The notes under the pieces were generated by a model that made no database searches, was not told the origin of the DNA, and saw nothing but the letters and a program-made list of their open reading frames with translations. This document shows, piece after piece, positions 1 to 12,000 of a DNA stretch of 64,000 bases. The translations under genes and the position numbers were made by a program. Within the stretch, counting starts at the first letter, position 1. Each line of letters begins with the position of its first letter. Origin of the DNA: Vicugna vicugna (lineage: Eukaryota); the NCBI GenBank assembly GCA_013265495.1, contig MU058009.1, forward strand, positions 1,614,001 through 1,678,000, read 5' to 3'.

Positions 1-99
1 CCCGGAAATCCGTTTTTAACACAGAATCCAGGTGATCCTGGTGACCACTGAAACTAGAGGATCCCGATCCTAGATAAAGAAAATTGTGCAAAGGTCCTG

Positions 100-1400
100 A
101 GATGGGGGAAGAGGGAACCTCGCCCTGTTTGAGGATCTAAAAGATCAGTGCCGCCGGGGCAGAGCGGCCAGGGGCACAGCGGCTGGAGGGGAGGCTGAAA
201 GGTAAGCAGGCAGTGTGCTAAGGAATTCAGAATCGTACCCTAAGTAAAACAGAAAGGCACTGAGTGTTTTATGCAGAGGAATGACATGACTACACTTGGT
301 TTTAAGATCACCTTACGGGGACACTATTTTTAATTGTTCAAGGAACCGCCATACAGTCTTCCTCACAAGGGCTGCACGATTTTACGCCCCACACGGCGCA
401 CGAGGGTTCCGCCTCCTCACCAACACTCGCTACTTTCTGCATTTTTTTCATAGTAGCCGCCGTAGTAGATGTGACGTGGTATCACATCTATGTTTCCCTG
501 ATGATTAGTGATCTGGAGCATCTTTCCGAGTGCTCGCTGGCCAGCTGTGTACCTTCTTTGGAGGAACGTCTACTCAAGTGTTTTGCTCATTTGTAATAGA
601 GTCATTTCTCTTTTTGTTGTTGAGTTTTAGAGATTCTCTATTAACCCAAAAGAGTGGAAAGCAGGGTCTCAAAGAGGTATCTGTACACTCATGCTCACAG
701 CAGCATTATTTACAACAGCTAAGATGTGGAGGCAACTTAGGTGCCCATCAGCAGATGAATGCATAAGCAAACTGCAGTATATACATACAGCGCAGCATCG
801 TTCAGCCTTAAAAGGGAAGGGGATTCTGACCTGTGCTGCAACATGGATGAACGTTCGCAGCCTGCTAAATGAAATAAGGCAGTCACAAAAAGCCAGATTA
901 CATAAGATACTTAGAACAGTCAAATTTATAGAAACAGAAAGGAGAACGGTAGTTGCCAGGGCCTGGAGGGAGCAGGGACTGGGGAGTTGTTGGGTAATGG
1001 GAACAAGAGTTTCACTTTTACAGGATAAAAAGGGTTCTGGAGCTGGACGGCCATGATGATTGTGCAACATGACGAATGTATCTAACACCACTAAACCGTG
1101 CACTTAAAAATGGTCAAGATGGTAAATTTCATGTTAGGTTCATTTAACCACAATTTTTAAAAAATTGGGGGAAAAAGGATGGCCTTAGTGGCTGCTCTGT
1201 AAAGGATGGTTTAGGAGGTAACTCTGCATGGATATAGTAAAACTTGTTAAAAAGCTCTCACATCAGCCGTGGTGAGAGATGGTGGTGGCTTTGACTAGGA
1301 AGGTGGCCATGCAGACAATGGAAGTGGGCAAATTTGAAGTGCAGACAGGAGATAATACCTACAAAACCTGATGTATGCAGGTGGTGAAGAAGAGTGAGGG
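100..1400 (-). mobile_element. L2 fragment interrupted by the L1 insertion
   Basis: Typical antisense L2 text (gaatgacatg...ttttaagatcacc / gtggctgctctgt...gtgagagatggtggtggctttgactagg) continues on both sides of the L1. Confidence 0.6.
324..1165 (+). mobile_element. 5'-truncated L1 (L1MB-like) with an inverted 5' segment: 324-642 antisense, 643-1165 sense
   Basis: 643-1165 resembles the L1 ORF2 end and 3'UTR (aagcagggtctcaaagag...acatggatgaac...cacttaaaaatggtcaagatggtaaatttcatgtta...A-rich tail). 324-642 is the reverse complement of the ORF2 sequence lying just upstream. Confidence 0.85.
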
Positions 1401-3856
1401 ACCACAATCTGCAGACTGGGCACAAACATGCCCTCTTTCACTATTTCCACCTGTATCTGTACCTCTGCCGTGTCCACCCCTTCATGTACATGCAGACCAT
1501 GTTCAAAGCAAAGATACATAAATATGATTCAAGTTTAAAGCCCTCTGAATTCACCTCAGGCACAATTTCCCACAAGAAGCTACAAAGCAAAGGAATGTCC
1601 TGAGAGTTCCTCCTCGCTGTCCTGTGACCCATAAGAAGCAATGCACTTTTCTGCAGTAACTTCCAGAAGCCCTCTTGCTCACCCTGCCTCCTCAGTGTAG
1701 CAGATGAAACTGACATAAAATGGCTGAGTTCTAGGTGGCGCCCTGCAGCAGTTCCCCACCAGCCATCTCTGAGCCCTGGCTAGTTAAAAAGTTCTCTGGA
1801 CATACACAGTGTGCTACTGGCTGAATAAAATGGAAACACAGGAGGGGAAAACTGACAACCGGTGACCTCTGAAAAAAAGAAGAAAATATGTTGCTTCTGA
1901 ACGTCAAAATGAATGGAAATTACTTGGCAATAAAGGGCAGGCAGCACTTTCCCTGGGTTTGCTCTGAGCGATGCTGTCGGGAAACTGCCCAGAGTCCACC
2001 CTCCGCCCTGGAAGAACAGGAGGGTTCACTGCCACGGCCCTCCCAGGCCCTGCCACGGAGGGGGATCTGAAGTTCCAGGGAGTGGAGGATTTGGGTTGCC
2101 CTGGGACATGCCCAAAAAAATCCAGTGGAAAAATCAACATGCCTCCAGGAAGGTTGACAAAATGATGGAAAATCCCAGATTGTTGGGGGGGGAGTGGGGA
2201 GAGGGGACAGAATGTTGATTACATAACATCCAGCCTTTCAAACAATGGAGTAATCATCAAATGAGTCACTAAGACATTAGTGCCACCCCCCATCCTCACA
2301 CTACTCGCCCAAGAACAGCTAAGTGGCAGGTCCAGGATGTCCCTCCTTCTATGAGTAGAAGTCAGTTTGACTTTAGAGAAAAAGGCTCTTTATTTAACCA
2401 AGAGTATTGCTTCTCAACTGCAGTACCCTCAGCTCCCAGCACCGGCCGAAACACAAGAGTCAATCAAAAAATGTTTGGTGAATTGAATGTTTTCCAAATT
2501 TGAATCCACTTTCCTTCCCTTCACTCCCATCCAACACAAATCCATGACCTTGAACTGTGTGGGTTTTGTTGCATGTGTTAGTTCCCGTCATTAGATTTAT
2601 CACTCGATGAAAAGGACTTTTACTGATGGCGGAAATTGGCCAGGGCAGCACATATGGAAAATGCGGGCCAGGTCAAACGGACAAGCTGTGGTTCTGCTGC
2701 AAATGGAAACTAAAAAGGATGAGACCGGAGGCCCCAGGCATCTTCTAAACGGGAAAGCCTGGGCAGTCAGATGCCAGGGTGATGTGAAGGCTGAGGGCGA
2801 CAGCAGAAGGCCGGAGAACGAGGTTTCCCAGAGTCTGCTTCCTCCAACTGCACGCGCTCAGGCAGTCCGGCCAGGACACAGCCTCCGGGCTGACAAGGCT
2901 CCACGTGGGTTTCCACTTCCCACCAGGGACCCGACACTTCCGGGTTCTCACTCCAAGGGAAGCAGCTGGAATTGCTTCCACCTCAATGCCATCTGCAAAG
3001 GCCCGGTCCACGTGCCATCAGCTGCACCTGGTTCCGCCCCTGGCTGGGGATTCAAAGCGCTGGACCTCTTGGGAAGGTGCTCACACCCCGCACACATGGG
3101 ACACCTGGACTGGACGAGCTGAGGAGAAGGCATATCACTGCCCTTCGACCCAAAGGATTCAGATGGGAAAGTCAGGGCTTTATCCAATTTTAGAAAGTGT
3201 GGAATTTTGGTTTAAAAAAATCAAAACACCTCTATAAGTGAATGAACAATTAGCCCGGATTGTCTTTTTCAGTAGTGCGGGCATTGCATTTAAATGAGGA
3301 TGAATAATCACCTTCAAAAGCAGACATTAATTTAAAACATTAAACCCTTATCACGTAGAGTATGAATGTAAAAGACGCCCCTTACGTTGCTCATTTATGC
3401 CTGTGACAGTTCTGTCAAATCACACTGACCAAGAGCAGTGATGAAATCATCACAGGTGGAGACGCTGACATGGTTTAGCCCAGGCAGGCATCTCTGTCAT
3501 TCTCACTGCACTTCATCTCACTACCTACTATAACACTTTTGCATTAGGTGCCAACAATAGTTCTAATTTCTGGAAAGCATCTAGAAATGAATCAGTACCT
3601 CCAAAGAAATTAACCAATTGTATTTTATGGATAAGCACTAAAATTGCCTGTGTGTTAATAATTGTAATTGCAGTATCTTAAATTCAAATAACACATTTAT
3701 CTCAAAATGCTAAGAACCTGACCTAGAGACATACTCTGCTGATACAATGGAGGCTCTAAAGATATTTATGAGACATGAATATAAGTATATTAGATTTCTG
3801 ACCCATTGATTATTCCTCAGGACCCTTAATCTGAGTTAAGAATCACCCACATTTCT

Positions 3857-4017
3857 TTTTTTAAGTATTTTACTTATTATTATATTATTTTATTATTTTT
3901 TGGCAGTGAGGGAGGTAATTAGGTTTTTTTAATTTTTAATGGAGGTCCTGGGGGATTGAACCCAGAACCTTGTGCATGCTAAGCATGTGCTCTACCACTT
4001 GAGCTGTACCCTCCCCC
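3857..4017 (-). mobile_element. tRNA-Ala-derived SINE (camelid vic-1-like)
   Basis: The minus strand reads GGGGGAGGGTACAGCTCAAGTGGTAGAGCACATGCTTAGCATGCACAAGGTTCTGGGTTCAATCCCC (A/B boxes) followed by an A-rich tail. TSD: cacccacatttct (3844-3856) / cacctgcatttct (4018-4030). Confidence 0.85.
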
Positions 4018-7000
4018 CACCTGCATTTCTGAAAGGAGAAGCTAGTGAGTAAATAGCAAACTGTCCAACCAAGGCTACACAGTCCCCAAGTAGACATGAG
4101 CAGGTAGCTTCCCTTGAATCAGCAGGGAAACAATGAGCTCTGGCTTTTCAATGCAGGGAAACACCTGCTTATTTTTCATTGTGACCTAATCCTGACCAAA
4201 AGCTAATGCAGACCAAGGATGTTTTAAGCCAAAAGTAGGACAAGGGTTTCAGTTCTCTTATACGGAACTCAGAGTCAAGGACGGCTCTGTGTCCAAACCC
4301 CGTCAGGACATTTCATGTGACTTTTCACACCACTCTTTTAAGTTGTTTGAAGCCAAATGGCTCCCCTAGAATCTAAGCCGGAAGGGGCGTTTGTCCCGGG
4401 AGAAGTTCCAGACATATGGCCTTACTGACCTGAGATGTTTCTCCTCTCATCAGCTTCAAATAAATGCCAGGGGAAACTGGAGCATCTGGGACCCAAGCGT
4501 TAGGAGATGAGAGATTCAGACAAGGACAAGAAATCCAGGGTGCACGTTCCAGTCTTGCATGACCACTGGACGGGCCAAAGCCTGGTGGGCTACCATGGGG
4601 ATACCAGCCGTGTGCGGGGGTGCTGCCCCCATCAGCAGCAGCATAAACGAAACACCAAGAATGCATAACGCGCCTCACGCCTGCAAACCACTTCTGTCCA
4701 CCAACACCCTTCGTGCACGCCATCCCCCAAATCCTCACAACGTGGAACTCCCGGAGGGCCTGGGAAAGTCCTAAAGGGTCCCCACCTTACAGATGAAGAA
4801 ACCAAGACAACAAGAGATCAAGAGTTTGGCTTAACTCAACCTTTCAGCTCTTACGTCCAAGGCCTTCTCACTGTAACCCACTGCAGCTGCAAATAGAGAC
4901 GGCTCGGAAGTCCAAAGAAACTGAAACTTCTACGGTTGAGACAGAGAAAACGGGACTTTTATTTCCCAGTCTGAACATTAGATGCACTTGAGGCAATAAT
5001 TAAAAACGGAAGCAAAGCCATTCCTGGATCGAAGAAATCCAGGCTTCCCTATGGCTGGCCCCAGAAAGACGTCATTAAAGGCCATTTACAGAATCGACAG
5101 GAATCCTCTCTTGGAGCTAAGGGTAGAGGGACTTCCTTCCACACAAAGTGACACGTGGTAAATGACAACCTGGCATCCTTCCCTCTGCATTCTCCCCTGG
5201 GTCACCCCGATGGGCAGCTGTGCACAAAATACAAGGCTAATCAGTTACCTAAAGTCTTGCTGAGATGGGTCTCTTAAAGTGAAAGGAAACCAAGAAGAAA
5301 CCTTCTGCTTCATACGGAGGAAAAAAAGGGACAACTGCCCCAAAAGGAAAGATAAGATTCTGAAGACGCGGGAGAAGGACACAGTGGGACATGCACTGAG
5401 CCTGACTCGGCTTGTTGGTCAAAACCCACGGGCTCTCAGTTCTGCCGCTAATGGGCCCACCCTGGGTAAGCCACTCAATCAATACATTGCTCAGCAGACG
5501 TCTGTTGATGGACAGCGTCATAGCCCTTATAGGGTTTTAAGGTTTTCGTTGTGGCCGTGCTTAATCATGCACCAGGGCAGAGCGAATGCTGTAATAAATC
5601 CCTGCTCAGAATCCATCAGCACTACCCACTTTCACTTCATCCCCCACCCCCAACACAGAAGACCTGAAACTCTAATCCCAGGCGACGTGCCATTTCACCC
5701 ACAAACATTTTATTGTCAGGAGGATATTGCTGACATGAAGGAGGATCCTGATATGAGAGATTACCAGACACAAACAAGCTCACGGAAAAACCCAGATAAT
5801 AAGGCTTCAGGTTCCTTTCCGCGGTGCTTAAACCTGGGCCCACGTTTCATTCACTGGCCCACCTGAACCTGAACTTCTTTTGAAGCAAGGCTACTACGGT
5901 CTGGAAAGTGATGAAGTTGAAGCAGAGAGACGTGATTTCAAATCCGGACGGTCAGCCGGCCCCTCTGACCCCCACGGCCGACGAGCAGCGGGCTGCAGAG
6001 CTAACTCCGCCTGCCAGTGTCCTCGTGAACTTACAGCTCTAACCAGGAGTGGACGGAAAACGGCTGCGGATTCCAGGCAGCCCCCAAAGGACAGCTGCCC
6101 GACTGCCTAGGACAAGCCCCAGGGTGAGAGCAGACGTGCCTCTCCTTCTCCAGAGCAAGAGGAACAGGAAAACGGCCGCAGCCAGGGCTGGAACATGGAG
6201 CTGATTGTCCCCGGAGAGCTGTTACTGGTCTCCAAGCGGATCTCCCCAAGGAAGACACCAAGATCTCCGGAGGCTGTGAGAAGGAATCTCATTCAGCCCC
6301 TCTCTCCTTCACGGAACGGTGGGTTGGAACCAGACAGGACGGTTCTTTGTCTCAGACACTCGTGATTCCAAATCCTGTTCCAGGCCCTCGAAACCTGGCA
6401 AGGCAGGACTTCAGCTGGGGGAGCCAGTATAATCCACGAAGTTCCTGGCTGGGGTTAAAGGCAGCGAAGGAAAGTAAGTGTCCCTCCGCTGCCCCGCCCC
6501 CTTTCATAAACCTAACGAGGTGACAGAAATGAGGGACAAGCAGGATTCTTGGCTCCGGCAGGAACTGAGCAAGAGCTGGGCCTCTCATCCCACCCAATGC
6601 TGGGGCCCCAAATAATGGACCGCATGACCCCCAGACAGACTCTCCTTATCAGTTAGGTAAACACACTGGGCTTCTGTCCTTCTCTTTAACCAATGCCCTC
6701 AAAGTCACCAGCCAATAAGAAACCACTGTAAAGGAGGGGGGGGAGGAGCTGCCCAGAAAATCCCCAGTTCACCCTCCAGCGACCTGACTGGCCAAAGGCA
6801 AGCCAGCCTCCGATCGCAGCATCTCGGTCCTGCTGCCCCGGGCTGGGGCACACACTACCCGGGCCGAAGGCGCCAACTCAAAGGTAGATGCCTCTGCTCA
6901 GGGGGAAGCCGTGCCCCCGGGACAAAAGAGATGATGCTCTGAGAGGCAAAGCAGGCTCCAAACGGCACCAGGAAGCCGGCCCCAGGCCCTGCAGCCGGGC

Positions 7001-8861
7001 CTGGGAAAGAACTCTGTGGAGAGGACTGAGCACCCTGAACATCCGTAGGAAGTGACTTCAGTCCCCTCCCTTCTCCCCTTCCTCCAGCCCCCGCCCCATC
7101 CCCCAAGAGGAGTTTTAACACATTATTACCACTGGAGTCCTGAGGATCTGGTGACTCACCAGGCTCACACATGGTTCCAATGAGCCCTTGACCATGACAT
7201 GGTAGGCGAGCAGGGGAAACAAATGAAAGCAGTTGTAATTCGGCAGTGCGGAGCTCAGACCTGCCAGACAAAAAGGGCTGCGGGCGTGCTCCCAAATTCG
7301 TTCAGGCACCTGACATCCAAAAGCTATTTTTAATCACTGGATTTATTTCTTTCCTCCCCCCTCCACCATCCTCCACCTCAGCAAATGTTTCGAAGTCAGA
7401 GCAAAACCCAAATCAACTCCAGGTGTTCAGGGAAGCCCAGAGAGGCTCTTCCGTTCCAGGATCTGAGCCAGAAAGCAGAACTGCCCCCTGGGTCCTGCTG
7501 CTACACTTTCTGGCTCTTTCCTTAGAACAGTTCAAATCTCCCACCCTCAACATCGTGCACATGGCCTGAAAGCGGAGATACCTGAATGAACAGGCCCTGC
7601 TGGAGTGACTCCTAATTCTATGTTTCCTCCAGCAGCCCTGGCAAGTGTGGGTGCTTGGGACCGGCCACAGGGACCCCTGCGGGCTCAGGAGTATCTTTTA
7701 AAGCATCTTTTTACTCGCTAGGACTCTCGACCTGCCCGGCAGCGAGGATGACATTAAACATGTGTGAAAATACCAAAGCCTCATGCCTAATAGGTGTTCA
7801 GTAAATTCCCAGCGACGTGAACTGAACTGAGAAGTGTCTCATAAACTATAGAGATTAAAAAATATATATATGATTGTATTTCCCAAAGCTTAGAGAGACA
7901 GCAAGGAGAAGGAACCTGATTTCCCCAGGTACGGCTGAGCAACTGAGAAGGTGAGAAAATGAATGTGAAAATTGGATTCAGAGATATAAATGGAAATCCC
8001 CTGAATCAGGCTCATTTTTTTTAACAGAACATACTAATTTCTTACCTATTCTGCACCCCCAGTCCGCTCAGGGGGAAATCTTTTTTGTAGCAATGATCAG
8101 TGAAAAGCTGTATTTTCATGACAACACTTCACAGCTCTAGGACCTAGTGGACCTAACACGCCTTTTGGTTTTAAAAGCGTCCTAAGAGTGCCAACTTAGA
8201 GTCAATATGGCACAAAACAAAACTGTGATTTTGTGCCCAAAACTCTTTTCCCACATGTTTGGAATTTGCTAGAATCCAAGCTGCATTCTTACCCTAGTCA
8301 TTTCTGTGCCCTTAAATGAATGACATGCCCACAGTTTAAAAGAATGTTTTAACTACTGAAATTAGGATTCCTGCACATCAGGCTGCCTCAGTAGAGTACT
8401 TCAAAGAATAAAGTTCTTAAAAGATCATCCCAAGCCATTTGCAGAGTGGATCACACGTTTCAAATCATTTCCTTCATAGATAACAACACTTGACTCCCTC
8501 AGCACCACGCGTTTCGCAAGTCCTGGGTGTCCCAGATCAGTAGCACTTGTTTTGTCATGGAAAACACGGGGCCAAGCTCTCCCTGCTGCTCAGGAGGAAA
8601 GCATGAACTGGGCCATTTCAACCCCGAGGTCTGCAGATAAGCCAGAGACCGTTCCCCCGGCTCCTCCCCTATCTGAGCCTTCTGGGTGAGGGCCAGCCCC
8701 TGCCCGGCTTTCATCCAAAGCACTGGTGACAGGGTACTTTTTGGCAACAACGTGGCAAAGGCTCACCCCTCTCGAGGAGAACATGGAAAACATCTGACCC
8801 CCTAGACCTCGTCATCACCCCAGCTTGCACTGCTTCCCTTTATGTATTGCCCTTTGTTAAG

Positions 8862-9007
8862 CTTTTTCTGGAGGGGTGGGGGAGGTAACTAGGTTATCTG
8901 CTTGTTTATTTATTTATTTGTTTGATGGAGGTACTGGGGCTTGAACCCAAGACCCCCCCCCCCCGCAGGCTACGCATGCGCTTTAACGCCGAGCTGCACC
9001 CACCCCC
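8862..9007 (-). mobile_element. tRNA-derived SINE, same family (diverged copy)
   Basis: Shares gaggtaactagg...tggaggtactggggcttgaaccc...gagctgcacc with the other copies. Confidence 0.8.
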
Positions 9008-12000
9008 GACGTGTCGCTCTTCGGCGCCTCACCCTCTGGGATCCGGGAGACGCTGGCTGTCAGGGCTAATCAATTTATTTTCATTTTTCTTGACTCCCAC
9101 CTACAATTTTCAGGGCTGCTCTCCAAGTAGCATTTTACATTTTCAAAAATGTTTTCTCCCTCAGCCAACTATGCTCCTGAAAACACCAAGGTTCGGTCTG
9201 GGATTATCTCCATCACACAGGTGAGAATATCGAGGCTCACAAAGAGGGCTGGAGTGATCTCACCAAGGCCATCAGGCCAGGCGAGTGTCCCGGCCAGCGC
9301 CCAGGCCCAGGTCGCCAGACACTAACGCTGGGTGTGTCCACCCGTTCCTGCTAAGAGTTAAAAGCAGGGGAGGCATAAGTGATGGACCCAGGAACGTTTC
9401 CTTTCATTTTCCCCATCATCTTCATCACAGAAAAAGCCCTGTCTGGACAAAGGAAGCACCTCGGTCCCTGGGCCCTTCTGCCGGCAGCAGCTGCACCACC
9501 AGAGCTCGGGGCTCCAGGGCCCGTCCCTCCCAGCACCGCCGGGTCAGGGGCTCACCGCGGGGCCCCCTGCACCAGGCCTGGGGACAAGACATGCACGGAG
9601 GGGACACCTGAGGATCACCAGGGAGACTGGACTGGCCAAGGTGGAGGATGAGAAGTTTTCTCCGCGGGCAAAGGAAAAATCTGGGCAAACAAACGGAGTG
9701 GAGCCCATTTATTTAGGCTGGAAGAGGTAAAGTTTTTCTGCACTTTTGAACTGTTTTCTCAAGGCCTGCCTCTCCCTCCCACGCAGGAAACAAACACAGA
9801 GACAGGCCTCTTCCAGCAAGGGCTCCAGTGGCTGAGGGCTGCCCGGCGAAGGCAGAGGAAGAAGGGCTGGGGAGCAAGGAGGGAGTCGTGCGTGAGAGGG
9901 GAGGGTCCGGGGCAGTGGGCAGACAAGGCCGGGAGGAGCTGGGAGAGGAGGGGGGAGGCGGAGCTGGCCGTGGGGACAGAGGAGGAAGGAAGGCACTGAA
10001 GGGGACAGAGGGAAATAAAGGAGGAAGTGAATACTGGAAAATTTTAAACCAGAATAAAGGGGCAGATGGCAGACTGGAAGTGGGCTGGGAAGAGAGTCCC
10101 AGTTAACAACGTTCAGAAAGCAGCATTTTTCCATCAATTCTGAAAGGAAATGCCCTCTTGTCTTTCTCATTTATTTACACATTATATAAATACATTTTTA
10201 AACCAAAAAAAAAGGAGGGCTGTTTTTTCCAATGGGAAAAAGCCTTGCTGGAGATGAAAGCCAGTCTTCAAAAACCCCTCGGAGGAAGCTGAAACCCCAC
10301 ATGTCTCGGTGCTGCAGAAAGAAAAACAAAGTGGACATTCTTCCTGTGTTCTAAGGCTTTTTTATGCAGATGTGTTTTTCTTTTAATAAATAAATCTGGA
10401 CAGAGAAGGAACAAGCAGACTCATGGACAATCACACAGTGCGACTGTCTGTTTTCAACCCAGGGAGGCCACAATGAAACAGAAGAGTGTGTAAGTCTATG
10501 TTCCCAGTACGGGCACACGCATTCTCCACGTACCACCCGCTGGCACTGAGGCAACAGCTCTGCCTGCGTGACCCGCCCAAGCTTCCCAGACCCACAAAGG
10601 TCCACCTGCTAATGAGTAACGACCACCAGAGGCCGGGCGGGGCCTGGGACAGGATGGCCACACTCCCCAGAGAGGCCCGGAGGGGTCCTTTAGTGTCACT
10701 CCTCACCTGAGACATCCGGTCACTCTCTACTGTTTGAGCCACTCGATTTCACTTAAGGACTGCAAACAGTATTTGAAAACAACTGCACACATTGGTCTTA
10801 AAATCTGCCTTCGTATGAGCTCTGTCCACCGACTCTGGTTCTGTTGGGTGAAGCCACGGAGCACTAAAGTCATCTTTGCTTCATCGACCAGTTTTTCATT
10901 TGTTTTACTCATCCCTTCAACATCACTTCAGCCCAGGTTTTAAAATTCCTTGGCTCCTTCAACCACGCAGGACGGCATGGTTTGGCCGGACTGCCACCCA
11001 GAAGCACGCCCGGAGGCCCGTGTTCTGAAAGAGCATCACCAGCACTCCTCAGGGGAGCCAACTTCTCGGGAGCAAAATGAGCGCACAGAGATGGCCAGCC
11101 TGCTCCCCGCAGGTCCGCGGGGGCCGGCCGACGCCCGTCCTTCCAGCGCCACACTGTGAAAGCCCCTCGCCCACAGCGCCCTGCCGGACCCTCTGCACAG
11201 GAGCTGACAGAGAGTCCGTTCTGCACCTGCTGACTAAGAGTCATGAGCTTCATCCAGAGGTTACACGCACGCATATTAAACTTCCCCTTGCCTGGACCTG
11301 GGCTTCCAGGTGCAGAGGCCTTTTCTTTATCACGGATCTGTCCTCACCGCTTTGCGCCGTTCGAGATGTGCTAAGGGTACTTCCCGCATCCTTCTCTAAC
11401 CCGAGCCCCTGATAAAGTCAGCGACCAAGTACCACCAGAGACGATGCGCCATTCTGACACTAACACACCAATCGAGACCCTTTGGGTCCAGCTGCTCAAC
11501 CAGTTACAAATCCTCCTGACGTGCTGTCACTGGACCCTCAGAGCCTCATCTTGGCCACAAATAGATCACGGAAAAGATTCAGAGGAAAGCTTCAGCGGAG
11601 TCCACTGATCTACCCGCCGGGGGGCTCCAGACAAGTGCAAAGGCGGCGGAGGGAAATGGGGGAGCTGGGAGTCAGATCCCTGCACAAGGAGAAAAAGACT
11701 GAAAAAGAGAGCCCAGGAGGGGGGAGAGGGGAGAGGGGCCGGGGGGGGTGGGGACAGAGCGCCTACTGCTCCACAGCCACTCAGCTTCCAGAAACAATGG
11801 GCAGTTAGAGAACAATGGCTGCAGACAAAGTCTTGGGCTATTTTTATCTGCCACAGTGAGTCCCAGACAGGAGGAACTGGAATTCTGCCCTGGACGTACA
11901 GCTCCAACTGGATCTGGCCTGGGAGGAAGATGAGGTCACCCGGAACGCCTCCGGCTTAAGAACAGGCTCCTTTCTGGCTCGCGGAGTTTCTCCTTAGCCT

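Noticed and set aside
691..1056. 121-aa ORF MLTAALFTTAKMWRQLRCPS...
   Set aside because: This is the degenerate C-terminal end of L1 ORF2 running into the 3'UTR, not a host gene.
5279..5866. 195-aa plus-strand ORF and the other long intronic ORFs (for example 2607-3122, 54551-55120, 55671-56174)
   Set aside because: They have no recognisable domains or exon structure, several have non-ATG starts, and ORFs of this length are expected by chance in GC-rich intron.
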